From: Spirochaetia bacterium
Lineage (GTDB): Bacteria > Spirochaetota > Spirochaetia > SZUA-6 > Bin103
DNA: 64,000 nucleotides
Assembly: GCA_965203515.1 (NCBI GenBank)
Contig: OZ241907.1
Location: 2,368,001-2,432,000 of the forward strand
Reading direction: 5' to 3'
Positions 18,216 to 28,098 of this stretch are shown piece after piece. Within the stretch, counting starts at the first letter, position 1, and each line of letters begins with the position of its first letter. Made by a program: the position numbers and the translations under genes. The notes beneath the pieces are model-generated. The model was not told the origin of the DNA and searched no databases. It was given only the letters and a program-made list of their open reading frames with translations.

Positions 18216-19079
18216 TCAGGCCCAGCGCCGCTTGTCGATCATCCGCACCGTCAGCAGCAGGAAGAACGCGCTGAAGGTGAGGTAGTAGACGATCGGGCTG
18301 AGGCTCAGGATGCCCCGCGCGAAGGTGTCGTAGCGGTCCACGGGTGAGAACCAGACCAGGAACCGGCTGATGAAGGTGTCGAAGAAGGTGACGTCGACCA
18401 GCACGATCACCACCACGACGGCCGCCGCCGCGACCGCGGCTCCGGCGGTGACGATCACGTTGCGGGTAGCCAGAAAGGTCAGGCCGGCCACGCCCGCCCC
18501 CAGCGCCGCGGTGAAGATGATGCCCGCCGACTGGTCGGCCGGGATCAGCCGCTGCACGCCGGGCATCACCCACATCAGGAACAGCGCGACGAAGGTGACG
18601 ATCGCCGCGACCACCAGACTCTCCGTGGTCGAGGAGATGAAGCAGCCGACCGCTACGAATGCGGCGGCCAGCAGCAGGAAGCCGACGTAGGCGGTCACGA
18701 TCTCACCGACGGGAAGCGAGCCGAAGAACGACAGGGCGATCGGGTAGGTCACGGTGATCAGCAGCATGACGACCAGCACGGTCATCGCCGCGCCGAACTT
18801 GCCGATGACGATGTCGGTGAGTTGCAGCGGCACGGTAAGCAGCAGCTGGTCGGTGCGCAGCCGCCGCTCCTCCGTGAACAGCCGCATGGTCAGCACCGGG
18901 ATGACGAAGATCAGCATGAAGCGCATCTGCGCCAGCACGCCGCCGTACAGCGGGCTGCGCGGGAACGCGATGGCGAAGGTGAAGGTGATGCCGAACAGCA
19001 CCAGGAACAGCCCCATCGAGATGTAGCCGAAGGGCGATTGGAAGTAGGCGCGAAACTCGCGCCGCCAGATGGCTGCCAT
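18216..19079 (-). CDS. ABC-2 type permease (GldF-like)
   Basis: RREFRAYFQSP, LTMRLFTEERR..TDQLLLT.P, IVIGKF. Confidence 0.9.
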   Translation of the reverse strand: MAAIWRREFRAYFQSPFGYISMGLFLVLFGITFTFAIAFPRSPLYGGVLAQMRFMLIFVIPVLTMRLFTEERRLRTDQLLLTVPLQLTDIVIGKFGAAMTVLVVMLLITVTYPIALSFFGSLPVGEIVTAYVGFLLLAAAFVAVGCFISSTTESLVVAAIVTFVALFLMWVMPGVQRLIPADQSAGIIFTAALGAGVAGLTFLATRNVIVTAGAAVAAAAVVVVIVLVDVTFFDTFISRFLVWFSPVDRYDTFARGILSLSPIVYYLTFSAFFLLLTVRMIDKRRWA

Positions 19080-20029
19080 CAGCCGGCCTCCTGATCGGAA
19101 TCGTCTTCGGTGAGCTGCAGAAATATCTCCTCCAGCGTCACCTCCAGCGACCGCAGCCCGAACAGCGGCAGCTTGGCCGCGGCGAGGGCGAAGAAGATCG
19201 CTTCGCGCGGGTCGGCGTCGCCGGTTTCGACCTCCAGGTCGACGGTGCCGGTGGCGGCGCTCTGCCCGGTGACCCGCACCGCCCGGACGCCGTCGACCTT
19301 GTCGAGCACGGCCCGAGCGGCCGGCGCGCCGGCCTTGACGCGGACCGCCAGCCGGCCGGAACCGGCGAGCGCCTTGCCGAGGTTCTCCGCCGTATCGCTG
19401 GCCACGATCTTGCCGTGGCTGATGATGATGATGCGTTCGCAGACCGCCGAGACCTCCGGCAGGATGTGCGAGCTGAGGATGACGGTCCGCCGCTCGCCCA
19501 GCGCGCGGACCAGATCGCGCATCTCGATGATCTGGTGCGGGTCGAGCCCGATGGTCGGCTCATCCAGGATGAGCGCCTTGGGATCGCCGACCAGCGCCTG
19601 TCCCAGGCCGACCCGCTGCCGGTACCCCTTGGACAGGTTGCGGATCAGCCGGTCGGCGACGTCGTCGATGCCGACCGCCCGCATGATCTCTTCGTTCGCG
19701 TCGTGCTCCGCCTTCGGCACGCCCTTGACGCGGGCGACGAACCGCAGGTAATCGCGCACCGTCATGTCGACGTACAGCGGCGGCAGCTCCGGCAGATAGC
19801 CGAGCTTGCGCTTGGCGCCGATCGGATCCTCCAGGACGTCGATGCCGTCGACGGTCACCCGGCCGTCGGTCGCCGACAGGAATCCGGTGATGATGTTCAT
19901 CGTGGTCGACTTGCCGGCGCCGTTCGGCCCCAGGAAGCCGACCACCTCACCGTCTTCGACGCGGAAGCTGACATCGTCCACGGCGGTATGCGTGCCGTAG
20001 CGCTTGGTGACGTTCGTGACCTCGATCAT
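19079..20029 (-). CDS. ABC transporter ATP-binding protein (GldA-like)
   Basis: GPNGAGKST, LSKGYRQRVG, ILDEPTIGLDP, SSHIL. Confidence 0.95.
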   Translation of the reverse strand: MIEVTNVTKRYGTHTAVDDVSFRVEDGEVVGFLGPNGAGKSTTMNIITGFLSATDGRVTVDGIDVLEDPIGAKRKLGYLPELPPLYVDMTVRDYLRFVARVKGVPKAEHDANEEIMRAVGIDDVADRLIRNLSKGYRQRVGLGQALVGDPKALILDEPTIGLDPHQIIEMRDLVRALGERRTVILSSHILPEVSAVCERIIIISHGKIVASDTAENLGKALAGSGRLAVRVKAGAPAARAVLDKVDGVRAVRVTGQSAATGTVDLEVETGDADPREAIFFALAAAKLPLFGLRSLEVTLEEIFLQLTEDDSDQEAG

Positions 20030-20127
20030 CGCCTCAGACCGTACGCGGTGTTTGGTGTCGAATGGAAGCCGCCGGCGCCGCGCTCGCGGGGCGCATGGCC
20101 CAGCCGACCACGGTACTATATCGGAAG

Positions 20128-21150
20128 ATGGCGAGCGAGAGGCAAGCGCCGGCGGAACGGCGCTTTCTGGTATCGACGATCTGCCGGGGCAGCCGCCCCG
20201 GCGAGGCGTGCGGACACCTGTACGTGGTCGACCCGGAGCGCGGCGTCGACAGCGCCTGTCCGGTGCCGCCGCCGCCGCACCTGCACCGGGAGCCGAACCC
20301 GCGCGGCGGCATCCGCGGCGGCCGCGGGCTGGCGGCCTGCGGCGATACGGTCTACGTGGCCAACGGCGCCGGGGTGCTGCGCTTCGATCGATCCTGGCGG
20401 CTGCTTGCCGAGATCGGCCACCGGTGGTGCGGCAACGTGCACGACATCGCGGTCCGCGACGATCGGCTGTGGGTCTGCTCGACCGCCAACGACGCGCTGG
20501 CGGCCTTCGACCCGGCCGGCCGTCTGGCCGACCTGATCGACCTGCGCCCGGCCGCCCTGCTCGCCGGCGACCGCTCGCGCTTCGCGGCGGCGGCCGACTA
20601 TCGCGACCCGGCCGGCTACCGCGCGGCGGAGAGCGACCTCCTGCACGCCAACGGCATCGGCTTCGATGCGGCCGGCGCGCCGGTGGTGACGCTCGGGCTG
20701 GCTGCGGCAGCCACGCCGGACCGCCCCCGCCGCGGCCTGATCGCGCGGGCCGACGGGCGCGGCGCGCCGGTCACGGTCGCCGACGGCGCCGCGGCGCCGA
20801 TCCACAACGTGGTGCCGCGCGCCGACGGCACGATCCTGACGCTCGACACCGGCGCCGGCGCGCTCCGCATCCTGTCGCCCGACGGCGCCATCCTGCCGCC
20901 CGACGGCACCGCGGCCGCTTCGCTGACGCTGGCGCCGCCGGCGCCGCGCGGGTTCCTGCGCGGCCTCTGTCCGGCCGGCGGCGACCGGCTGCTGGCCGGC
21001 GAGCGCAACCGGCTCCTGATCGTCGACCTGAGCACGGCGCAGATCGCCGGCACCGTCACGCTGAGCGCCTCGCCCCGCGAAGCGGTCTACGCGATCGCGC
21101 CGCTGCCGGCCGGATTCGATCCGCTGCCCCCGTGCCTCACGGTCGCGTGA
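20128..21150 (+). CDS. Hypothetical protein, probable beta-propeller
   Basis: Repeated blade-like motifs (GGRGLA, NVHDIAV, HANGIGFD, FLRGLC, VYAIAP); coding-like codon usage. Confidence 0.65.
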   Translation: MASERQAPAERRFLVSTICRGSRPGEACGHLYVVDPERGVDSACPVPPPPHLHREPNPRGGIRGGRGLAACGDTVYVANGAGVLRFDRSWRLLAEIGHRWCGNVHDIAVRDDRLWVCSTANDALAAFDPAGRLADLIDLRPAALLAGDRSRFAAAADYRDPAGYRAAESDLLHANGIGFDAAGAPVVTLGLAAAATPDRPRRGLIARADGRGAPVTVADGAAAPIHNVVPRADGTILTLDTGAGALRILSPDGAILPPDGTAAASLTLAPPAPRGFLRGLCPAGGDRLLAGERNRLLIVDLSTAQIAGTVTLSASPREAVYAIAPLPAGFDPLPPCLTVA

Positions 21151-21213
21151 CGAAACACGCGGCGGTACGCGGAGATCGACCGGCGCCGCGCGGCGAACCG
21201 CCTACTGAGACCG

Positions 21214-22440
21214 CTACTGGTGGCGCAGCAGCCGCGGACTGCGCAGCGCGATGAGGACCGCAAGACCGATCAGCAGCGCCCCGAAGATCGCCAACGCCGC
21301 GCGCACGCCGAGCAGTTCGGCCAGCGCGCCGGCCGGCAGGACGCCGACCGGCGTGAGCCCGAAGTTCATGGCGTAGATGCTCACCACCCGGCCGCGGTAC
21401 TCCGCGTCGGCGACCTCCAGCAGCAGCGCCTGGTTGAGCGCGCGCCGCAGCGCGTCACCGATGCCGATCATGGCGGTCAGCGCCACCGCCACCGGCAGTA
21501 CCGGCAGTGCGCCGATCAGCAGCAACCCGACGCCGGACGCGACCGCGCCGCCCAACAGCAGCGCGCCGCGCCAGCGCCGTCCCGCCCACGCCACGTAGGA
21601 CGAGCCCAGGATCGCGCCCAGGCCGATCATGCTGGACAGCAGACCGAGCGTGCGCGGCCCGTGCCGGTAGACCTCGACCACCAGCACCGGCAACAGCGAC
21701 CGGTACGGCATCGCCAACACCGTGAAGGCGAGCGCCACCACGATCAGCGCCACCACCAGCTCGTCGTTGCGCGCATAGCGCACGCCGGCGCCGATGTCGC
21801 GGAGGAACGATCGCGCCCCCCGCGACCGCGCGCCGGGCTTGCCCGGCTGGCGCACCAGGCTGGTGCAGGCGACCGCGAGCAGATCGGCGGCCAGGACCGC
21901 GGCGTAGACTCCCAGCGGACCGATGGCGTCGTATGCGATCCCCGCCAACGCCGGTCCGAGCAGGGTGGTGACGCTGAACGAAATCGATACCAGCGCCACG
22001 GCGTTGCCGGTCAGGTCGTCGCCGACGATGTCGACGATCAGCGACTGGCGCGCCGGCACCACGAAGGCGAACGCCACACCCTGCACCGCCGATGCCGCCA
22101 GCAGGTGACCCCAGGCGATCACGCCGAAGTGCAGCGCCGCCACCACCGACGCGGCGCTCGCCGCGATCAGGAGCTGGCCGATCTGGATGATGCGGCGGCG
22201 CGGCACGCGGTCGGCCAGCGCGCCCCCCAACAGCGATAACGTCAACATGGGCAGCGCGAAACCCATGCTGACCACGCCCAGGATGAAGGCCGAGTCGGTC
22301 AGCTCATAGGCCAGGTACCCGGCGGCGATGAAGGTCGCCTGATTCCCTCCCATGATGATGGAGTTGCCCAGCCACAGGTAGCGGAAATCGCGGTGACCCA
22401 GCGCGCGGAAGCGCGACCGCCACGCGGACGCAAAGCCCAT
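21214..22440 (-). CDS. MFS transporter
   Basis: [34 protein letters not shown]; about 12 TM. Confidence 0.92.
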   Translation of the reverse strand: MGFASAWRSRFRALGHRDFRYLWLGNSIIMGGNQATFIAAGYLAYELTDSAFILGVVSMGFALPMLTLSLLGGALADRVPRRRIIQIGQLLIAASAASVVAALHFGVIAWGHLLAASAVQGVAFAFVVPARQSLIVDIVGDDLTGNAVALVSISFSVTTLLGPALAGIAYDAIGPLGVYAAVLAADLLAVACTSLVRQPGKPGARSRGARSFLRDIGAGVRYARNDELVVALIVVALAFTVLAMPYRSLLPVLVVEVYRHGPRTLGLLSSMIGLGAILGSSYVAWAGRRWRGALLLGGAVASGVGLLLIGALPVLPVAVALTAMIGIGDALRRALNQALLLEVADAEYRGRVVSIYAMNFGLTPVGVLPAGALAELLGVRAALAIFGALLIGLAVLIALRSPRLLRHQ

Positions 22441-22456
22441 TCGAATCGCCGCCGTC

Positions 22457-24241
22457 TTACCATCCGAACCCGTAGCCGATCACGTTGCGGGGCGACACGC
22501 CGCCGCGGATCACGCCGTGCTCCGCGTCGATGCGGGCGGCCATCGGCTTGCCGTGGCCCCACGGTCCGGTCATCCGCACCTGGTGGCCGCGCCGGCGGAG
22601 ATCGTCCAGCACCGCCGCGTCGATGCGGCTCTCGGCGGAGACGCCCCGCCTGTGCGCGCGGCGCGGATAGAAGGACGACGGAAAGTGGATCGAATGGACC
22701 GTGGGCGCCTCCAGCGCCTGTTGCAGCGGCATGCCGAACACCGCGTGGTTGAGGAAGACCTGCAGCGTCCACTGGTCCTGGCCGTCACCGCCCGGCGTGC
22801 CGAACACCAGGTCCGGACGGCCGTCGCGCGTGACCAGGCTGGGCGTCAGCGTGGCGCGCGGCCGTTTGCGACCGGCGGCCGCGTTGGCCCGATTCGGGTT
22901 GAGGTAGAACATCTGCGCGCGCGTCCCCAGCGCGAAGCCCAGCCCCGGCACCACCGGAGAGGTGCCGATCCAGCCGCCCGACGGGGTGCAGGCGACCATG
23001 TTGCCGTCGGCGTCGATCGCGTCGCAGTGCGTGGTGTCGCCCATGTGCGCGTGGCCGGCGCCCGCTCCCGCCCGGCGGCCGGCGATGCCGAGCGCGGCGC
23101 GGTTATCGGCCGGCACGTCGGCGAGCGGCAATCCCTCCGCTCCCAGCGGTCCGGCGACCAGCTCCCCGGACGCGTCGGCGCCGATCGCCGGTCGCCGGTC
23201 GTCGGCGTAGCCGGCCGACAGCAGCCGGTCGAGCGGCACCCGATCGTGTTCCGGGTCGCCGTAGTACGCCTCCCGGTCGGCAAAGGCGAGCTTGGCGCAC
23301 TCGATCACGGTGTGCAGGTACTCGGCCGAGTTGTGTCCCATCCCCTGCAGGTCGAAGCCGTCGAGCAGGCGGAGCTGCTGCAGAAAGACCGGCCCCTGCG
23401 TCCACGGGCCGCACTTGTGGACCTCGACGCCGCGGAAGTCGGCGCTGCACGGCGTCTCCACCGCCGCCCGCCAGGCGGCCATGTCGTCCATGGTCAGCAG
23501 CCCGGCGTGCCGCTCGCCGCTGGCGTCGAGCAGCGGCTCGGCGATGAAGCGGACGATGCGCTCGGCGATCGGGCCCCGGTAGAAGACGTCGCGCGCCGCT
23601 TCGATGCCGCGCTCCCGCCCGCCGCCCGCCGCCTCCTCGGCAGCGACCAGCATGCGCAGCATCGCCGCGAAGTCGGGGTTGCGAAACCGTTCGCCCGGCT
23701 GCGGCACGCGGCCGCCCGGGCAGTAGATCGCCGCGGTCGAGGGATAGCGCTCCAGGAACAGCGCGGCCCGATCCGCGGTGCTGCGGCTGAACGCCGGATA
23801 GACCGGAAAGCCGTCTTCGGCAAGCTCGATGGCGGGGGCCAGAATGTCCGCGAAGCGGAGGCGGCCGAAGCGCGCCACCGCGCATGCCCAGGTGTCCAGG
23901 GTGGCCGGCACGCAGGCCGGCAGGAAGCCGTCGCCGGGGATGAGGTCGATACCGTGCTCCCGGCAGTAGTCGATGGTGAGCGCCGCCGGCGAGCAGCCCA
24001 TGCCGCTGATCGCGTACGGCGCACCCTCCGCGGCGGAATAGATGAGGGTCGGCGCCTCGCCGCCGATGCCGTTGGCGTACGGCTCCAACAGGTTCAGGCA
24101 GATGCACATGGCCGCCGCGGCGTCGATGGCGTTGCCGCCCCGATCCATGACGTGCGCGCCGGCCGCCGTGGCCAAGTAGTGCCCGGAGGTGACCACGTAG
24201 CGGCGGCCCATGATCTCCGGGCGGGTCGTGAAGTCGTCCAT
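22457..24241 (-). CDS. Gamma-glutamyltransferase family protein
   Basis: [21 protein letters not shown], catalytic [19 protein letters not shown] 24241 with SD GAGG. Confidence 0.93.
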   Translation of the reverse strand: MDDFTTRPEIMGRRYVVTSGHYLATAAGAHVMDRGGNAIDAAAAMCICLNLLEPYANGIGGEAPTLIYSAAEGAPYAISGMGCSPAALTIDYCREHGIDLIPGDGFLPACVPATLDTWACAVARFGRLRFADILAPAIELAEDGFPVYPAFSRSTADRAALFLERYPSTAAIYCPGGRVPQPGERFRNPDFAAMLRMLVAAEEAAGGGRERGIEAARDVFYRGPIAERIVRFIAEPLLDASGERHAGLLTMDDMAAWRAAVETPCSADFRGVEVHKCGPWTQGPVFLQQLRLLDGFDLQGMGHNSAEYLHTVIECAKLAFADREAYYGDPEHDRVPLDRLLSAGYADDRRPAIGADASGELVAGPLGAEGLPLADVPADNRAALGIAGRRAGAGAGHAHMGDTTHCDAIDADGNMVACTPSGGWIGTSPVVPGLGFALGTRAQMFYLNPNRANAAAGRKRPRATLTPSLVTRDGRPDLVFGTPGGDGQDQWTLQVFLNHAVFGMPLQQALEAPTVHSIHFPSSFYPRRAHRRGVSAESRIDAAVLDDLRRRGHQVRMTGPWGHGKPMAARIDAEHGVIRGGVSPRNVIGYGFGW

Positions 24242-24427
24242 GCTGCTACCTCGTTTCAACGCGACAGGCGGTCGCCGGCAGGGCCGTCGAACAGGAAATC
24301 CAGAGTACGGTCGGCCACGGTGCGCCAAGGCCGCGAACCGACTCGGGGCCTCCAGGTTAGCACGGCTGGGCCATCAGGGCGACGCTCCGTGGGACGCGAA
24401 TGGACTACGCGGTACGGGTCTGCGACG

Positions 24428-25467
24428 ATGTCGCGTCGGCCTGCGGTTGTGCCTCCTGATCGTCAGTTCGAGACCCACCCCCATTCCTTTGCAGGATGGC
24501 CAGGGCTCCGGGTCGCGCTGCCGGGGCACTTCGCCGGGCCGGTCGTCCTGGAAGCGATCCGCCCGCTCGGCCCCGGCGGCGCGGGCGGCTGCGAGTGCCG
24601 CGTGCGCCTGCCCGACGGGACGCTCGACGAACGCCGCCGCGCGCAGGAGGCGTTCCGCGCCGGCCGGCAGGTGTGCGTGGCCACCGAGGCGGCCGGCGAA
24701 GGCATCAACCTGCAGTTCTGCCACCTGCTGATCAACTACGATCTGCCTTGGAACCCGACCCGCCTGGAGCAGCGCCTGGGCCGCATCCACCGCATCGGGC
24801 AGGCGCGCGACGTCCATGCCTTCAACGTGATGGCGCTGCTCGGGCGCGAGCGAAGCGAGCCGCAGGTGGCGCTGGCGCGGCAGCGCGCGGAGCGGGACCT
24901 GGAAGACCTGCAGCGCACCATGCCGGACGCCTGGCCGGGATCGAGCGGCTGCGCGTCGCCCGCCACGGTCCCGTGCGGCACCTGGCGAGCTGCCTGGTGC
25001 TGCCCCCGGACGGCGCCGCCGGCGAGTTGGACGCCAAGTTGCAGCAGCGGGTCGAGCGGGCCGCCGAGGAGGTGGTGGTCGCCTACGAGGAGGGCCGCGG
25101 CCGCGAGTGCACCCGGGTAGGGCACGAGAAGATCGGCTTCGACATCCGCAGCCTGGCGCCGCCGGACACGCAGACCGGCTACCGCGATCCGGTGACCGGG
25201 GTGCGGCGGATCGAAGTGAAGGGCCGCCGCCGCGGCCGCCCGGTCCGGCTGACCACCAACGAGTGGTACAAGGCGCAACAACTCGGCGACAGCTACTGGC
25301 TGTACGTGGTCTGGGACCCGCTGGACGACCCCGACCCGGTGCCGCTGATGATCCGCAACCCGGCGCGCCGCCTGGACCACGCCAAGCAGGAGGTCGTCGG
25401 TTCCCGCTCCTATGACCTGCCGGCCGCCGCCGTCGAGCAGGCCGCGCGCGAGCAGTCGACATCCTGA
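24428..25467 (+). pseudogene. Internally deleted, frameshifted SNF2-type helicase with C-terminal DUF3883-like nuclease domain
   Basis: Short N-terminal piece joined directly to helicase-C motifs [13 protein letters not shown]...[23 protein letters not shown]; no Walker A or DEAH; frameshift near 24920; then GFDIRS..RIEVKG..LTTNEW..YWLYVV. Confidence 0.85.
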
Positions 25468-25532
25468 CGGATGGACGGATTGAAGCGCCTGCGCCGCCGG
25501 CGCGTTATTGGCTATAGTAGCAGGAGGTGCCG

Positions 25533-25901
25533 ATGGGAGAGCCGGTGATGCTGAAGGAAGAGGACGTCGTCCGCATCGGGGACTACGTCAAGCCGTGGCT
25601 CCGGGAGCTGGTCGACCACGTGGTCCCGCGGGCGGAGACGGTCGATGTCCCCGCCGCCCTGTTGGAGCGGATGGTTCGGATCGAGGAAGAGCTCAAGGCT
25701 CTGCGGGTGCTGATGGACGAGCGCTTCGAGTTCATGGAGCGGCGTTTCCAAGCGGTGGACAAACGTTTCGAGGCGGTCGACAAGCGCTTCGAGGATCTGA
25801 TCGGGGCTACGGACAAGCGCTTCAACACGCTGACGTGGATGATCGGCGTGGGCTTCGTGGTCGTCACGTCGCTGACGACGGTATTCGCGTTGCTCGCGTA
25901 G
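25533..25901 (+). CDS. Small coiled-coil protein with C-terminal membrane anchor (DUF1640/CCDC90-like)
   Basis: SD AGGAGG, upstream TATAGT; heptads ERFEFME/RRFQAVD/KRFEAVD/KRFEDLI; hydrophobic C-terminus. Confidence 0.8.
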   Translation: MGEPVMLKEEDVVRIGDYVKPWLRELVDHVVPRAETVDVPAALLERMVRIEEELKALRVLMDERFEFMERRFQAVDKRFEAVDKRFEDLIGATDKRFNTLTWMIGVGFVVVTSLTTVFALLA

Positions 25902-26000
25902 GATCGACCGGAGACACGACGGAACGGACGGTCGCCGCCGGCCACGACGGGCAAACTCGCCGTACCGTCGGTCGCGGGGACCACAACCGACAGCGTGACT

Positions 26001-26180
26001 ATGGAAACGGGTGACCGCCGGCTGATCGATGATTATCTGCCGCTCGAGGGCTCAATGCGATCGCGGCGCGCGAGAAGTTGCATCCGCGGCGGTACGTGGA
26101 GATGGTCATTACTGGCCGGCGCGGCGCCCGATCAGCGCGGTGCGGGCCGCGATCTACGCGGCGCTGGCCACCGCCCCCCG
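26001..26180 (+). pseudogene. 5' remnant of a DUF1156-type adenine DNA methyltransferase
   Basis: Across two frameshifts: METGDRRLIDDYLPLE/LNAIAAREKLHPRRYVEMV/HYWPARRPISAVRAAIYAAL, resembling the DUF1156 'H.WWARRPL' motif. Confidence 0.75.
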
Positions 26181-26374
26181 GCGCCGACCGCGAAGTGGCG
26201 ATCTCATTCACCGCCGACCGTGACAAACTGTTCGACGCGTGGCGCGCCCTCGCCGACCTGACCGGCCGGATCACCATCAGCGCCAAGGCCGCCTCCACCG
26301 ACCCGCTCGACCGGAACAGACTGGAACACGCCGTCCTCGAACCGCTCCGCGAACTCGGCCTGCTCGATGACTGA
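26177..26374 (+). pseudogene. 3' remnant of a gene, probably the C-terminus of a DUF499-type ATPase
   Basis: Startless frame ...EVAISFTADRDKLFDAWRALADLTGRITISAKA...LDRNRLEHAVLEPLRELGLLDD*; call rests on recalled similarity and operon order. Confidence 0.55.
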
Positions 26375-26488
26375 ACGCCGCCGACGGTCGCTTCGGCTCC
26401 TCGACCGGGATCGCCCGGCGGTGAGCAGCTCCGGCCAGCGGTACGGTGCCGTCCTCTCATGGAGAACGGCCGAGTATACTGCCCGGCG

Positions 26489-26878
26489 ATGAAGATCGAA
26501 CACATCGCCTTGAACGTTCCGGACCCGGCCGCGATCGCCGACTGGTACGCCGCCAACCTGGGCATGCGGATCGTGCGCCGGAGCGGGGCGCCGACGTACA
26601 CCACCTTTCTGGCCGACGGCGAGGGCGCCACGGTGCTGGAGCTGTACCGCTTCGACGGCGCGCCCCTGCCCGACTACGCCGCGCAGGACCCGATGGTGCT
26701 GCATCTGGCCTTCACCTCCACGAACGCCGTCGAGCAGGCCAGGGAGCTCGCCGCGGCCGGCGCGCAGTTGCAGGGCGAGCCGTGCGCGACCGGCGGCGGC
26801 GACACGCTGATCTTCCTGCGCGATCCGTGGGGCATCGCCCTGCAGCTGGTGGAGCGAGCCGAGCCGCTGCTGGCGTGA
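26489..26878 (+). CDS. VOC/glyoxalase family protein
   Basis: MKIEHIALNVPDP, VLELY, HLAF, FLRDPWGIALQLV. Confidence 0.9.
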   Translation: MKIEHIALNVPDPAAIADWYAANLGMRIVRRSGAPTYTTFLADGEGATVLELYRFDGAPLPDYAAQDPMVLHLAFTSTNAVEQARELAAAGAQLQGEPCATGGGDTLIFLRDPWGIALQLVERAEPLLA

Positions 26879-28098
26879 TCGCCAGCCGCCGTCCGATCGC
26901 GCTGGGGGCGGTCGGCCACCTGCTGCTGGAGGTCACCAACAACTTCCTGCCGGTCACCTATCCGCTGCTGATGCCGCTGCTGGGGCTGTCGTTCACGCAG
27001 GTCGGGCTGATCGCGCTGGTCCACTCCGCGTGCGGGTCCCTGCCGCAGCCGTGGCTGGGCGCGCTGGCGCAGCGCTGGGGCCCGGAGCGGATCATCGTGC
27101 TCAGCCTGGCGTGGTCGGGCGTGTTCATGGGCTGCATCGGGCTTGCCGGCTCCTTCGGAGGGGCGTTGGCGCTGGCCGGTCTGGGCGGCATCGGCAGCGG
27201 CGCGTTTCATCCCGCCGGTTCGATGAGCGTGGCGGGCGCCGCGGCCGACGGACGGCAGCGGCGCGGGGCGGCCATGTCGCTGTTCTCCGTGGGCGGCAAC
27301 CTCGGCTCGGCGCTGAGCCCGGCCCTGATGGCGGTCGCGCTGGGCCTGTTCGGCCTGCCCGGCACCGGCGCGGCGGTGGTAATCGGCCTGGGCTCGGCGC
27401 TGCTGGTCTGGCGGCTGCTGGCGGGCGGCGCGCCATCGCCGCCGCCAACGGCGTCCCCGCCACGGCGCCTGCGGCCGGAACGCCGCGTCTATCCGGTGCT
27501 GCCGCTGGTCCTGATCGTGACCTTCGCGATGGCGCGCAGCTGGTTCCAGCTTTCGATCGCCAGCTTCCTGCCGACCTGGACCGCCCAATCGCTCGGCTCC
27601 ACGGCCTGGCCGCTGGTGCTGTTCATGGGCTGCGTAGGCGCCGGGAGCCTGTCCGGCGGACGCCTGTCCGACCGCATCGGCCGGACCCGCACGGTCCTGG
27701 GGGCCGCGCTGCTGATGATCCCCGCGCACCTCACCTTCGTCTACGCGCCGCCGACGGCGCAGCTCGCGGCGGTGGCGGTGCTCGGCGCCGGGATGGGAGC
27801 GACCCTGCCGGTCACCATCGTCATGGCGCAGGAGCGCCGGCCGCACGCGACCGGCGTTGCCGCCGGACTGGTGATCGGCCTGGGCGGGCTGCCGGCCGGC
27901 ATCGGCGCGTCGGTGACCGGGTTGCTGGCGGACGCCCTGTCGCTCTACGCCGCGCTGCAGTGGACGGTGCTGGCGCTCGCGATCGGCGCCCTGGCGGTCA
28001 TCGGCCTGGCGTTTCTGGAGCGGGACCGCGGCCGTCCAGCACCTCCGCGCACGCCTCTCGAAACACGGCGAGCGACTCCCGCAGCGCCGCCTCGGTGA
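26875..28098 (+). CDS. MFS transporter (Fsr-like)
   Basis: GSGAFHPAG, RGAAMSLFSVGGNLG, GGRLSDRIGR; GTGA overlap with the VOC gene. Confidence 0.9.
   Translation: MIASRRPIALGAVGHLLLEVTNNFLPVTYPLLMPLLGLSFTQVGLIALVHSACGSLPQPWLGALAQRWGPERIIVLSLAWSGVFMGCIGLAGSFGGALALAGLGGIGSGAFHPAGSMSVAGAAADGRQRRGAAMSLFSVGGNLGSALSPALMAVALGLFGLPGTGAAVVIGLGSALLVWRLLAGGAPSPPPTASPPRRLRPERRVYPVLPLVLIVTFAMARSWFQLSIASFLPTWTAQSLGSTAWPLVLFMGCVGAGSLSGGRLSDRIGRTRTVLGAALLMIPAHLTFVYAPPTAQLAAVAVLGAGMGATLPVTIVMAQERRPHATGVAAGLVIGLGGLPAGIGASVTGLLADALSLYAALQWTVLALAIGALAVIGLAFLERDRGRPAPPRTPLETRRATPAAPPR

Noticed and set aside
22517..24427. 5' part of the 867-aa ORF apparently fused to helicase motifs
   Set aside because: Antisense shadow of the GGT gene running in frame into the pseudogene; not a true fusion.
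25720..25802. 21-bp repeats as a possible CRISPR array
   Set aside because: Contiguous, degenerate, in-frame heptad repeats with no spacers and no cas genes.
24409..26446. 9-bp direct repeat GCGGTACGG flanking the defence remnant
   Set aside because: Too short to exceed chance at this GC; no integrase or transposase nearby.
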